Part shown: piece after piece, positions 1 through 13,361 of the stretch | How the letters are laid out: every line of letters starts with the position of its first letter | Position numbering within the stretch: the stretch's first letter is position 1 | From: Prorocentrum cordatum | Taxonomy: Eukaryota | Direction of reading: 5' to 3' | Assembly: GCA_963575745.1 (NCBI GenBank) | Contig: CAUYUJ010000118.1 | Span: 1 to 64,000, forward strand | Length of the DNA: 64,000 bases | The notes under the pieces: generated by a model | What the model was told of the DNA's origin: nothing | The model's database searches: none | Seen by the model: the letters and a program-made list of their open reading frames with translations, nothing else | Translations under genes and position numbers: made by a program

Positions 1-197
1 GCGGGAGCGCCGGTTCTGTTAGGACGGCGGCTTTCGGCGGCGAGCAAAAACACCAGCCCTGAGCTAAAAAGGAGAAAGTCTCTAGCAGGAGCGTCGTTGT
101 TGTTGGAGGGCCGGCTTTGACCGCCTCGGCGAGAGCGCCACGGCGCCTGTAACGGGTCCAAAAATAATAACTGTTTAGCAATTAACAGTCAAGTAAT

Positions 198-199
198 TC

Positions 200-242
<43 letters not shown>

Positions 243-378
243 CACAACAACAACTACTACACGACTACTATAACTACAAAAACACCAACACAACATCAAA
301 CAACACAACAACAACAGCAGAGAACAAAAAAATATATATAATAATATATATATATATATATATATAAAACTAATAAAA

Positions 379-432
<54 letters not shown>

Positions 433-481
433 AAAAAAAAAAAAAAAAAAAAAAAAAACCAAAAACGCCGACAACAGCAAC
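198..481. repeat. (CAA)n / (TA)n / poly-A low-complexity tract
   Basis: Directly visible simple repeats. Confidence 0.95.
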
Positions 482-819
482 AATCATTATAAGATTGTTC
501 GCTCTTACTTGCCCGCGTGTCATTCAAAACGAGTCCCCCATACCCGCGATACCCACCCTTTTTGTCTTCGATCACACCCCCTTTGGGGGAATTATTTTGC
601 TTGGCGGGGGGCGGCGGGCTTACACAGGCGGGCAAACCTGAACGGGCGGACAATCCTTCGTGGGCGTACATGTGCCCGCCATTGGAATTGGTATGGGCCC
701 TGCAAGAAGAGGAGGGGGAGAACGAGGGAGAATGGGCGGAAGGGGGGGGAGGGACGAAGGAAAAGGGAAAACGCCAAGAGAGAAGGAGCGAAGGGTTGGG
801 CGGTTGATTAGAGGCAGAA

Positions 820-857
<38 letters not shown>

Positions 858-2725
858 GGGAAAAAAAGGAGAGAGAGAGAGAGGGGAGAAAGAGAGAGAG
901 AGAGAGAGAAAACAACAAAACGGCAACAACAAAAAGGGAGGGAGGAGGCAGGAGAGGGAGGAGAGAGAGGAGGGAGAGGGGATAGGGCAGAGAGGCATAA
1001 GGATGAGTGAAGAGGAGAGAGAGAGAGAAGGGAGGAGAGGAGGGAGGAGGGAGGAGGGAGAGGGAGGATGAGCAGGAAGGTAAGAGTGTGAACGTTCGAG
1101 GAAGTCCTCGGCGAAAGCGCCGTTCCTGAAGGAAGTCTCGGGCGGGAGCCCACGACGGGCGGGCGATCCCCTGACGGGCGGGTCGGGCGGGTGGGACATT
1201 CAAGCGGGATGCCTGAGTATGGCGAGGGCGCGATTACAAAGTAAATTGTGACGGCGCCCTTGGCGCAGCGTGTTTCCTGAGCGTCGAAAGCGCGATTTCT
1301 GAATAAATCGCATGGAAGTCACAGGCGAGACTGCAATTCCTGAATAAAATGTGAAGGGTTCTCTGGCGGGAGCGGGGGACTTGATTAAATTGCGAAGAAG
1401 TTGTGATTCAATTGCAAGGAAGTCTCAAGCGGGAGCGCCGTTCCTGAGTAAACTGTGAGGAAGTCTCGGATGGGACAGGGGTCCTAACTGAATTGCGAGG
1501 ACGGCACAGGCGGGAGCACCGATCTGAAGTAAATCGCAAGGAAGTCTCAAGAACGGCCTTGTGGGGCCACCAGGCTGCAGGGCGAAGGTTCGCAGTTTCC
1601 TGTACCAGTTGCAGTTTCCAGTTTCCACTGTTACAGTTATGCTTACTACTGCTTACTAATCCTTGTTGATGGACCACGCAAGGGGGGGAGGCCCAAAACA
1701 CACATTTTTACCAGGCCCTGAGCGTGTGCTCCACGCAGATCGGCGAGGTCAGGATCCAAAAACACACGGGATTGGCCACATTTCTGAAATCCGGTGGCAC
1801 CCCTCACGCAGATCGGCGGGGTCAGGGTCCAAAAACACACGAGATTTGCCACATGTCCGACATTCGGCGGCACTCCTCATGCAGATCGGCGGGGTCAAGG
1901 TGCAAAAAACACCAGGGATTTGCCACATGTCTGAAATTCGGTGGCACCCCTCACGCAGATCGGCGGGGTCTGGGTCCAAAAACACACGGGATTTGCCACA
2001 TTTCCGAAATTCGGTGGCACCCCTCACGCAGATCGGCAGGGTCATGGTCCGGAAACATAAGTAATTTGCCACATTCCTCAAATTCGGCGGCACCCCTCAC
2101 GCAGATCGGCGGTGTAAGGGCCGAAAAACACAACAAGGATTTGCCACATTTTGAAAAATTCGGTGGCAGCCGTAACGCAGACCGGCAGGGTCAGGGTCCA
2201 AAAACAAAAGGGATTTGCCACATTCCTCAAATTCGGCAACATCCCTCACGCAGATCGGCATGGTGAGGGTCCATAAACACAGGGGATGTGCCACATTTCT
2301 GAAATCCGGTGGCACCCCTCACGCAGATCCGTAGGGTCAGGGTGCAAAAACACAGAAAGGATTTGCCACAGTTTTGAAATTCGGTGGCAACCGCAAAGCA
2401 GATCCGTAGGGTCAGGGTCGAAAAAACAAACAGGTCCCGACACTGCTTCACGGCGGCGCCCAGACCTCATGCTCTCGCTTTTGCATATCCCATTATCCGC
2501 GACGGGGGGCCGGCGGCATGGGGGGAAGCCCTTACGGATTTGGAGGAAATCTCAGGCGGGAGCCGTTGCTTTTGTAATCCTGGGGGCCAGGGGCCCAGTT
2601 GGAGCACCAAGATTTCCCGTCAAAAAACAGGGTGCCAGCGTCGAGGAGCACACTTTGATTGAGAAAAAAACAGCACGCACCGGTGAGGGGGGATCAACAA
2701 TAATTATTCTTCATAAGTGAGAACT
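482..2725. mobile_element. Non-coding interspersed element, family A copy 1, between (CAA)n tracts
   Basis: Left ~130 bp (TAAGAyTGTTCGCTCTT...TCTTCGATC...TTGGGG) and right ~200 bp (GGCGGGAGCCGTTG...GGGGGnTCAACAATAATT) are shared with 5969-6968 and 7053-8457; the interior differs. Confidence 0.7.
1724..2430. repeat. ~73-bp tandem minisatellite, ~10 copies
   Basis: CACGCAGATCGG...GATTTGCCACAT...AAATTCGGTGGCACCCCT recurs near 1732, 1805, 1878, 1952, 2025, 2098, 2174, 2247, 2320, 2394. Confidence 0.9.
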
Positions 2726-2726
2726 C

Positions 2727-2767
<41 letters not shown>

Positions 2768-2768
<1 letters not shown>

Positions 2769-3790
2769 CACTTTACCCGAACGCTCAGTGTTTTCACCAG
2801 TGCCAGGGTTTTCATGCGACGCCAGCCAATACCCCCACTTTGTGGGGGGGCAGTGCAAGCTCTACCAAATATCCACACGACTCTTCGCCACCACCCACAC
2901 CCAGCTTCCCGCCCTATGACGTTCGGACACTTCACTTCGTGGCCTGCGGACGACCGTGGCTACTACACTGGCGTGGAGTACACACCCACAGAAGTTGTTA
3001 AGCCTACGTTCGTACACCCACAGAAGTTGTTAAGCCTTGTTAACCCACAGAAGAGCGTGCGAAAGTAGCTCGCGCGAGCTCATGTAACATAAATGTTGGA
3101 AAACCATTGTTTTTTTTAGGATTCGGACAGCGCGCGCGGGTGGAAATTTTGAAAAGTCGTGCAGGTGTTTTTCGAGGACCTACGGTGCGATTCGTGTGAT
3201 TTTATGATGCTCGGTGCTAAAATTCTTAAGAACCCAATGGTTTTTGGAGATTTCGGCGTGCGCGCGCGAAGAAAAAACGAATGTGTCCCGCATGGTATTA
3301 TTTGACAGGGATGATGGCCCTGGCAGGTGCGCAACCGTTGTCGCAGAAGTTCGAAAAAGTTGCTCGCAAAAGCCCGTTTGACAGAAATGTTTAAAAAGTG
3401 TGGGTTTTCCTACGAATCCGCAAGAGCGCGCGGGATGAGATTTTGACATTTTTTTGTTGAAAAACCATTGGTTTTTTGATGTTTTTATGTTGAAATCGCT
3501 CCGATCACTAAGCTTTTGGAAGGATTTCGTCTTGCGCGCGCGAATGTCCACTTTACCTTATTTTTTGCAAGGGATTCTTGAAATTTGATTATATTAGAAC
3601 AAGAAATGTCATTTTATAGTGTTTTTTGCAAGGGAAAGCGGGGGGGAACAAAACAACCGGATCTTGATCACATCGAATTACCTGAGGCTTCCTCACGAAA
3701 ATGATGAACATGTAGCTGCGGCCTAGGCGCGGCGGGGGGGGCGTGCACCAGGGGGCCCAACAATAATTATTCTTTAGAATTAATAATGTT
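2768..3790. mobile_element. Non-coding element, family B copy 1, between (CAA)n tracts
   Basis: Near-identical to 3818-4715 apart from ~125 extra bases around 3000-3125; ends GGGCCCAACAATAATTATTCTTTAGAATTAATAATGTT-(CAA)n. Confidence 0.75.
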
Positions 3791-3817
3791 CAACAACAAC
3801 AACAACAACAACAACAA

Positions 3818-4715
3818 TCACTTTACCCGAACGCTCAGTGTTCTCACCAGTGCCAGGGTTTTCATGCGACGCCAGCCAATACCCCCACTTTGTGGGGGGG
3901 CAGTGCAAGCTCTACCAAATATCCACACGACTCTTCGCCACCACCCACACCCAGCTTCCCGCCCTATGACGTTCGGACACTTCACTTCGTGGCCTGCGGA
4001 CGACCGTGGCTACTACACTGGCGTGGAGTACACACCCACAGAAGTTGTTAGGACAGCGCGCGCGGGTAGAAATTTTGAAAAGTCGTGCAGGTGTTTTTCG
4101 AGGACCTACGGTGCGATTCGTGTGATTTTATGATGCGCGGTGCTAAAATTCTTAAGAAGCCCAATGGTTTTTGGAGATTTCGGCGTGCGCGCGCGAAGAA
4201 AAAACGAATGTGTCCCGCATGGTATTATTTGACAGGGATGATGGCCCTGGCAGGTGCGCAACCGTTGTCGCAGAAGTTCGAAAAAGTTGCTCGCAAAAGC
4301 CCGTTTGACAGAAATGTTTAAAAAGTGTTGGGTTTCCTACGAATCCGCAAGAGCGCGCGGGATGAGATTTTGACATTTTTTGTTGAAAACCATTAGTTTT
4401 TTGATGTTTTTATGTTGAAATCGTTCCGAACACTAAGCTTTTGGAAGGATTTCGTCTTGCGCGCGCGAATGTCCACTTTACCTTATTTTTTGCAAGGGAT
4501 TCTTGAAATTTGATTATATTAGAACAAGAAATGTCATTTTATAGTGTTTTTTGCAAGGGAAAGCGGATTACAACAAAACAACCGGATCTTGATCACATCG
4601 AATTACCTGAGGCTTCCTCACGAAAATGATGAAAATGTAGCTGCGGCCTAGGCGGCGCAGGGGGGCCGTGCACCAGGGGCCCCAACAATAATTATTCTTT
4701 AGAATTAATAATGTT
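3818..4715. mobile_element. Non-coding element, family B copy 2
   Basis: Tandem near-identical copy of 2768-3790 with the same termini. Confidence 0.75.
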
Positions 4716-4743
4716 CAACAACAACAACAACAACAACAACAAC

Positions 4744-5502
4744 GTCGCGGCGCACACCGCGGCGTGTGCCCTCTCACCCACCCCCGGGTAAAAGGGTTCG
4801 CGCTCTCGGTGTGCCGACGACTCTCCCGGCCCCGGGCATCTCCCACTGGTGCAAGCATTCGCGCGCCTGGCGTGCCGACGACTCTCCCAGCCCCGGCAGG
4901 TCCGCACTTGCAGTACGGCGGCGGCGCGAACTGGGAAACCTGGGCATGCCTAGGACTCCTTAGGAATCCCTAGGAGTCCATGGGATTCCTTAAAGATCCC
5001 TGGAATTCCTGAGGAATCCCAAGCCATCCCCAGGAAGCCAATGAAATTCATACGTATCCCTAGGAGCCCTGAGGAACCCGAAGGAGTCCTAAGGAATCCT
5101 TAGGACTCATTAGGAATCCTTGGGAATCCTTGGGAACCCCTAGGAGTCATAAAAGGAATCCGAAGGAATCCCCAGCACTCTTTAGGGATCCCTTGGACTC
5201 CTCAGGATTCCCTTGGACTTTTAAGGAATCCCGAGGACTCTTAAAGAACCCCTGGGACTCAAGAAATCCTGAAGCATCCGTTTTGGGGGAATCCTCTGAA
5301 ACCTGGGGGATCCCAAAAACTCCTCAGGGATTCCGAAGTATCCCTGTGTATCTTACAGATGTATACGTGTACGTACGCAAATACATACATGTATGCATAT
5401 ATACACATGTATATGTATGTATGTGTGTATGCATGTATATGAATGTACGTACATATAAGTGTATGTATAAAAAGGAAGTGTGCATATGGATGCGCACATG
5501 CG

Positions 5503-5533
<31 letters not shown>

Positions 5534-5870
5534 CATACATACATACATACATACATACATACATACATGCATACATGTGTGTATGTACATATCGCGATGC
5601 ATGTATAAATACGTGTATACATATAGGTGAACACATATATGGTATGTATAAATGTATACCGTGATTCTACATACTAACAAATGATTACACATGTACAACG
5701 CGCACCCCCCGTGTGCCGACGCCCGCCCCGGCCCCGGTGGCCTGGTCGGGGGCCACGACCCAGTGCAGGTACCCGTCCCAGCCCCGGGGGGGGAGCTAAG
5801 CTCCGCCAGCTCCAAGTTTTCCATTTACCAAGAATGATAAAATATCATTTTCCAAAAAAAAACAAGATCT
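4744..5870. mobile_element. Non-coding element, family C, between (CAA)n tracts
   Basis: Bounded by (CAA)n; internal ~10-bp (TAGGAATCC-like) repeats and a (CATA)/(TA) microsatellite; G-run followed by an AT-rich right end like families A and B. Single copy here. Confidence 0.45.
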
Positions 5871-5968
5871 CAACAACAAGCTGGGGCCGGGACGGTCGTC
5901 GCAACGAACAACAACAACAACAAACACAACCACAATCACAACGACAACAACAACAACAACAACAACAA

Positions 5969-6968
5969 TAATTTTAAGACAGTTCGCCCTTATATGCTCG
6001 AGTGCCCAATAACGCGTATTTCCCAAACCCTCGATACCCGACCTCTTCGTTTTCGATCGAACCTCTTTTGGGGGGTATACTTTTCTTCCCTGCAGGCCGG
6101 GCCCCGGCAAGCGGCGGGGCGGCCGCGGACCGTCGGCCTGGCAAGCGGCAGCACTGATCGGCGGGGCGGCCGCGGACCGTCGACCCGACCCCAAGAGGGA
6201 CGGACAGGGGACCGACCACGACGACGACGACGACCACGACGTCGAAGACGACGGCGACGACGACGACGACGGCGACGACGAGCGAAAGCGAGAGCGAGAG
6301 AGAACGACAGCAGGGCCACGAAGGGCACGAAGTAGGCCACGAAGGGCGACAGCGATGACACGACGGGAATGCGTATGGGGCCACGAAGAGCGCGAACGAG
6401 CTGGGCCACGAAGTGCAGAGAATACGGGGCCACAGCACGCAACTATGGGGCCACTGAGGGTAGAAACTGCGCCACGTAGGACAGTGAGGGGGACACAAGT
6501 GGCGACAGCGGGGCCGCGAAGGGCATGCACATGGGGCCACATAGGGCGCGACTCCTGGGTGCCTGGGTGTCGGGAGCGCGGCGATTGGGCAAATTGCAAG
6601 CAATTCCAACGCAAGGCCCTCCTTCAGTAAGTTGCAAGCAAGTCTCCAGCGAGAGCGCGACTCCAGAGCGACGGGAGAACGATTCTTAATAAATTGTAAG
6701 GAAGTCCCAAGCGAGAGCACGATTCCTGGATAAAATGCGAGGAAGTCTCGGGCGGGAGCGGGGGTCCTGGCTAAATTGTAAGGAAGTCTCAGGCGGGAGC
6801 CGTTGTCGTTGTAACCCGGGGGCCAGGGGCCCTGTTTGAGCAGGAAGACTTTCCCTGTCAGAAAACTTGGCGCGAGCGTCGATGGGGCACACTTTGATGG
6901 AGAAAAAACAACATGCACCGGTGATGGGGGGCTCAACAATAATTACTCTTCTACTAAAATGGGAATAC
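5969..6968. mobile_element. Family A copy 2
   Basis: Shared left and right termini with 482-2725; different interior (GGGCCACG repeats). Confidence 0.7.
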
Positions 6969-7001
6969 CACAACAACAACAACTACAACAACAACAACAA
7001 T

Positions 7002-7052
<51 letters not shown>

Positions 7053-7054
<2 letters not shown>

Positions 7055-8457
7055 TTATTTTAAGACTGTTCGCTCTTGTCTGCTCGCGTGTCATTCGATA
7101 TGCACATCCCAAACCCTGGACACCCGCCTCTTCGTCTTCGATCGCACCCCCGCTTGGGGAGTGTACTCATTCCCTGCCCCGCGCGGTTGGCGAAGCCCTT
7201 GAAAACGAAGGGCAACCCGCAACGGGGGAGAACGAGGACGAAGGGATCGGAGGAAGAGAGGGGAGGGGCAAGAAGGAGGGAAGACGATGATCTGCGCTGC
7301 GAGCGGCGATTCAACTTGAGCCGTGGTATGCGCCAGCCACTCCAACACAGGTTAACAATAAGTTTCGCCACGGGCGTCGCCATAAACAGCGCCGCGCACC
7401 ACCCCCTTGAAAGAGCACATCGTGGACACCCCCACCGGGGGGGCGCACAGCTGCGAACTGGCGTCAGAAACAAATTTCGTGGAACCCTGACAAGAAGCGG
7501 ACGTTGGGAGAGTGGGGCGGAAGGATAAAGAGAACTGCAACCGCGTCGAAAAAGGCGCGGGGTCGTGGAGTGGATCGGCATGGAGTGGCCAAGAGTAGGG
7601 TCTCAGGAGGAGGAGCGGCAAGGAGTGGAGAAGTGGAACCGGGAGGAGGGCGGAGGAGCGGGGGGCGCACGGAGGAATCTGGAGGAAGGACTGGGCATAA
7701 TTTGGGAGAAATGCGGAATGCGAGCGGGAAGGGGCGGAGATTGCCTGGGTGGGATGGGGCGGTCTGGGGAGGAGCGGGCGGAATGCGAAGAACTGCGGAA
7801 TAGCACAATGGAGTACGAACGACATGGAAATGACGATAACGGCAAAGAGCAGGGCAGACTGGGAAAGAACGTTGAAAAGTGGGGGCAGGTGGATACGAGC
7901 GGAGACTTGTGCGGAAACAAAGCGCGGGGGGATTGGAAGGCACCCGAAAGCCTCCTATGTCCTCTGGGAGCCTCGGAATGGCCCCGATGACCACCGAGCA
8001 GTTCCAGAGGCTCCGAAAACCTGCGGGAACGCCCCGGGGGCCTCGTCAAGGGAGGCCTTCAATTCGAAGCCTGCAAGGGAACCTGAGCCAGTGGAACACG
8101 CGCCTCAAAGGCCGGCAAACTGGGCCCCGGCAAGCGGCGGCCGCGATCCGAGGTAACTGCATCCAGCAATCGGCGGCCGCGATCCGGGGTAACTGCATCC
8201 AGCAAGCGGGAGCCGCGATCCGGTGGTACATTGCAAGGAGGTCCCAAGCGAGAGCGCGATTCGTCAATAAATTGTGAGGAAGTATCCGGCGGGAGCCGTT
8301 GTTGTTGTAAACCGGGGGACAACGACACAATTTGACCCTCAAGACTTTCCCTGATCAAAAACAGGGTGCGAGCCCCGGGACGGGCACTTGAATCGAAAAA
8401 ACACTGTACACTGGACGGGGGGGGATCAACAATAATTGTTCTTCAGAAATGAGAGTT
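7053..8457. mobile_element. Family A copy 3
   Basis: Shared termini with the other A copies; different purine-rich interior. Confidence 0.7.
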
Positions 8458-8557
8458 CAACAACAACAACAACAATAACAACAACCATAAAAACAACAAC
8501 AACAACAACAACAACAACCACAACAACAACAGCAACAGCAACAGCGACAGCAACAGC

Positions 8558-8606
<49 letters not shown>

Positions 8607-8631
8607 GCAACAGCAGCAGCAACACCAACTA

Positions 8632-8683
<52 letters not shown>

Positions 8684-8777
8684 GGCAGCAGCATCAGCAG
8701 CAGCAGCAGCCGCAACGAAATCCTCGTCAGCATCACCAACATCAACCTTAGCATCATCGCCATCATCATCATTATTG

Positions 8778-8810
<33 letters not shown>

Positions 8811-9082
8811 CCATCATCATCAACAACAACGTCATCGACAGCATCATCATCACCACCACCACCATCATCATCCCTATCATCAGCAGCAGAATCATCAGCA
8901 GCAGCATCAGCATCATCATCAGCATCATCATCAACACCACAACCAACACCACCACCACCATCATCATCATCAGCAGCAGCAGCAGTAACGTCATCATCAT
9001 CAACAGCATCGTCATCATCATCATCATCATCAGTATCATCTCCACCATCATCCTCAGCCGCAGCATCATCATCATCACCACC

Positions 9083-9129
<47 letters not shown>

Positions 9130-9995
9130 GGTCATCACCATCATCATCATCGTCGTCATCGTCGTCATCATCATCAGCATGATCATCATCATAATCATCA
9201 TCATCGCCATTGTCGTCGTCGTTATAGTCAGTAGCATCAGCATCAGTATCATCATGGACAGCAGCAGCAGCCGCATTATCATAATATTCCCCATCCCCGT
9301 CCTCATCATCAGCAGCATCATCAGCATCATCAGAATTAAGCAGCAGCAGCAGCATCATTAGCAACAGTACCACCTTCGTCATCATCCTCATCATCATCAG
9401 GTACGGCAGCATCATCGTCATCATCAGCATCAGCATCAGCATCAGCACCATCATCGTCGTCATCATCAGCATCAGCATCACTACGACCACCATCACAACA
9501 ATCAACATTACCATCATCAGCATCAGAAGTATCAGACTCGTTCGATTCTTATTCGGCCAAGTATCGCCATCATAATCGGCATCATCATCCTCGTCATGAG
9601 TCTCAACATAATCGTAGTCGCCGTCGTCCTCGCCGTCGTCGTCGAGGTCATCGTCATAAGCATCATCAGCACCATCAGCAGCATCAACGTCATCTTCATC
9701 TCCGTCGCAACCATCACCATCGACGTCTTCGCTGTAATCTTCATATTCACCAAGTCACTACCATCGTCGTCGACCACGATATCGTCATTATCATGGTCAT
9801 CCTCATCAACGCCATCACTCCTCCACTTCTTCCACATGGAACCCTCCTGGGAGGCGGAGAGGGTATGTCTCCAGATGGCCCCCAGCTGAGCGCGAAATGC
9901 TGCACACTCCCTTGTAATCCTCCTCCTCCTCCTTCCTCCTCCTCCTCCTCCTCCTCCTCCTCCTCCTCCTCCTCCTCCTCCTCCTCCTCCTCCCT
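8458..9995. repeat. Compound trinucleotide tract (CAA)->(CAG/CAT)->(CGT)->(CCT)
   Basis: Directly visible; explains the poly-T/S/D/M ORFs. Confidence 0.95.
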
Positions 9996-10133
9996 CCATC
10001 CCCATCCTCCCCCCCTCTTCACCTCACTCTTCGCTTCTCTCTCGCCAGCGGGCCCGCCCCGCCGCGCCGCGGGCCAGTGGCCCGCGGCCCGGCCCCGAGG
10101 CGCTGCGGCCCCCGAGGCGAGCGGGCCGCCGCG

Positions 10134-10265
10134 CGCTCGGCCAGCGGCGCTCGGCCAGCGGCCGGCGGGCGGCGACGCTCGGCCGCGGCCAGCGGCGCTC
10201 GGCCAGCGGCGCTCGGCCAGCGGCGCTCGGCCAGCGGCGCTCGGCCAGGGGGCACTCGGCCCGCT
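10134..10265. repeat. 14-bp GC-rich tandem repeat (GCGCTCGGCCAGCG)
   Basis: Several adjacent copies visible. Confidence 0.85.
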
Positions 10266-11097
10266 GCCAGCGCCAGGCCGCCGCGGCCGCGGCGAGGCGG
10301 CCGAGAGCGCGGGCCCGCGGCCGCGGCGGAGCGCCCCGCCCGGAGCGCCCAGCCCGGGGAGAGCAGCCCGCCGCGGGCCACGGCCGGCCCCCGGGAGCCC
10401 GACGTCGGGCCGCCGTCGCCCGGCCTCGTGCCCCACGGGGGGGCCATCTCGCGAGGCTGCCGTTTGTTGGGCGGCGTCGGGTCTCAGTGGTCCGCGGCGC
10501 CCGGAGCGCCGGGAGAGAACGGCCCGCAGCGGGCCCTGGCCGGTGGCCGGAGGAGGTCGACATCCAACGTACTGCAAGAAGCCGAGTCGAGGGTTCTTCG
10601 CCGTGTTCCGCCTCGGGAGGCCCTCGCCGGCCCCTGGGGGCCGTCGGAAAAGGGCTGCGATGCGCCAGAGACAGCTTCGCTGGAGCTCAGGGGCATCCTG
10701 AACAGGGACCGACCGTCCTGGCACTCCTATAGGTCTACCACGAAATTCTCTTAGAGAAACAGGATGTTGTGAAAAAGGAGGTTCTGAACAGAACCTGTGT
10801 TCTTCTTAGAACATAAAGCCCAGTAGTTCGTTGTACAAATCGCAGGCAGACACGTTAGACAATAAGATGCTGTGCAAGCCGCAAAGGTTCTGAGAACTTT
10901 ACCTGGTGGGCGCATAGGCAGGCCAGGGCGACTCGCCAGCGCTTGAGCATCTGCCTGCCTTCCCCGAGCGCACAGGCTCAAGCCGTCACGCGGCCACGGC
11001 CCGCTGCGCCCCCGCGAACCGGGCCTCGCCGACGCTGCCATCGCCGCTGCCAGTGCCAGCAGTGCAGAAGCCGGCCAGGCTGCCACTCCAGAAGGAA

Positions 11098-11204
11098 TTG
11101 GCGGCGCGCACAGGGGGGTAGGGGGAGGGGGGAAGGCTTCTTAGAAGCAGCATCCTTCTGAGAAGCCTTCCCCCCTCCCCCAACCCCCCTCTGCGCGCCG
11201 CCAA
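11098..11204. mobile_element. 107-bp foldback MITE with 5-bp TSD
   Basis: ~50-bp arms TTGGCGGCGCGCA...GAAGGCTTCTyAGAAG are near-perfect inverted repeats; AGGAA on both flanks (11093-97, 11205-09). Confidence 0.85.
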
Positions 11205-11839
11205 AGGAACCAGCTGCATCGACAGAAGCACTCAGACCCAGCGCGGGTTTCTTGGATCTGCGTTCGGGTTCCTATGACAGCGCCTCTGGCGCCGCCCACG
11301 GCGCGTTCCACGCGCCATGGGCGGAAGGCCTCTGCCCAGGTCCAAGAAATCCGTGCGGAACTCCCGAAGTTTATGTCTACGTCGCGTTCTTTCCTCTGTG
11401 GACACTCGGCTGCGGCGCTGGCCACCCTCCTAGGCGACGAGGAGCTGCGCGAAGTCGACGCCCATCTCTGGGGACAGCTGGAGCCGCACCTACGAACGGC
11501 AATGTCAGGGGGTGCTTGCTCAAGAGAGGAAACATAGAGCCCAAACCGGCGATACATCGCCGACTGGTCGGCGATAAGTCCCCGAGAGCGACTCCGCCCG
11601 TCCTGGGGAGGGCCGTGCCATCGAGCTCCGATGAGCAATGAAAAAGCGACTCGGGGACGATACATCCCCCCGTGAGCCTCTCCCCCCGCAAGGTTGCCGC
11701 ACGACTCTCGGATCATAACTCGGCTCTCTTGCGGCCGATCGGGACGATCCTGGCACCCATTGGAACGCTGCTGACGAGGAGCAGGTGACGGAAACCACCC
11801 CAGGTCCCCAAAAAACTCGAGCCCGGGCCCCTCGTGAGC

Positions 11840-11992
11840 CTGGTCCACCGTGGGCTCGGCGCCGCCGAACTCGGCGAACCCGAAGGGGCCCTCCACGCGC
11901 CCGTCCACCAGCGCGGCGCAGGAGCTCGCCTCCCAGTCGAACTCGACGTGCAGCCGCAGGCGCTCGCTCAGCCCGGACGTCGCGGCGCCCTC
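11840..11992 (-). CDS. Exon of spliced gene (EGAATSGLSERLRLHVEFDWEASSCAALVDGRVEGPFGFAEFGGAEPTVDQ); last exon I can place
   Basis: AG|G acceptor, CAG|GC donor, 51 codons, strongly GC3-biased, phase 0 consistent with the upstream exon; the HVEFDW...LVDG pattern suggests a ConA-like beta-sandwich (inference). Confidence 0.8.
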
Positions 11993-12739
11993 CTGACACA
12001 GCTGGGACGAGAAGGAGAAGGACGGGGAAAAGAGCTGGAAATGCAGGGGCTGATGGCGACGAGAAGGCTCACGTGGTGGGTTCGAGCCTGGCTCGAAGGA
12101 CAGTCCAACCCTAACACCACTCCAGCCCCCCGACGCGCCTGAGCCCTTTCCTGGCCCTTCCAGGGCCCCAGCGCCCTCCTAACACAGTTGGGACGAGAAG
12201 GATGAGGACGAGGAAGAGAGCTAGCAATGCAGAGGCTGATGGCAACGAGAAGGCTCACACGGTGGGTTCGAGCCTGGATCGAAGGACAGTCCAACCCCAA
12301 CATCACTCCAGCCCCCCGGTGCGCTGGAGCCCTCTTCTGACCCTCTCAGGGCCCCGGGAGGCCGCTGCCCTGAGGACCCGCTCCCCTGACCCTGAGATCG
12401 GACGCTGCGAAAAAGCTGCAACATCGCGAAACAACACGACAGGAGCCCTAGACTCGCTCTTTCTGCGACATGTTTCGAGCTGGATTGATCAATGATGGTG
12501 CTAGGATCCCATTCGGGGATGGACAGAACCCCCTTTAGTAAAACGTAGTTTAGTGAAAACGACCTCGGGCCCACACCTGGCGTGCGCAAGCCTGAAAAAA
12601 AGGCCGCGGCGCCCTCTCGAGAACCGAAAACGGACAAAATTCGCTGATCGACGTGTCAGGGTGGGGAGTCTGTCCAACCCCGACCCAAACCGAGCGAAGA
12701 CGCCCAGTATATGAAAGATGGCAACGCCTGGATCTCAGG

Positions 12740-12932
12740 TCGGGAGCGGCCAAGAGGGGGGTGTCCAAGAGGGGGGGGTGCAAATCATGACCGGCGGCAT
12801 GTGCGCGGCCCAGCGGGGGGGCCAGGGACGTAATGAAATAAGAAGAGGCGCCATGAAATCTGAGGAAACATCATGGCCCCCGCCACGAAATCCACCCCCC
12901 CTAGTCATCACCCCCCTCTTTTCCGCTCCCGA
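12740..12932. mobile_element. MITE (~193 bp), 5-bp TSD TCAGG
   Basis: TIRs TCGGGAGCGGCCAAGAGGGGGG / CCCCCCTCTTTTCCGCTCCCGA; TCAGG at 12735-39 and 12933-37. Confidence 0.85.
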
Positions 12933-13163
12933 TCAGGGGAGAGACCGCTCGCACCATGCCAGTCCCGACCGGCGCACATCCGGCGCCTTCCCTGTTGGAG
13001 GCACAAGCCCCCGACGCCTCGACCACTGCACCGGGACCGGCCCTGCCCTCCGCGCCGTCCCTCGGCGACCCCGAGCCCCGGCGAAGAGGCCGCCGAAGGC
13101 CCCAAGACTTGCGGAAAACCTGCCGCCGTGCTTCTTGCCGTCTGGGCTGGGGGCGCGCTTGCG

Positions 13164-13361
13164 TCGGGAGCGGCAAAGAGGGGGGCGTCAAAGAGGGGGG
13201 GGTGCAAATCGTGGCCAGCGGCGTGTGCGCGGCCCAGCGGAGGGGCCAGGGAGGTAATGAACTGAGAAGAGGCGCCATGAAATCTGAGGAAAAATCGTGG
13301 CCCGCGCCATGATATCCACCCCCCCCCCCCCAGTCATCACCCCCCTCTTTCCCGCCCCCGA
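13164..13361. mobile_element. MITE, same family, 5-bp TSD TTGCG
   Basis: Homologous to 12740-12932; TTGCG at 13159-63 and 13362-66. Confidence 0.85.

Noticed and set aside
10484..11090. Possible terminal exons of the minus-strand gene
   Set aside because: Splice-like sites exist (donor near 10902, acceptor near 10699) but I could not establish a consistent frame
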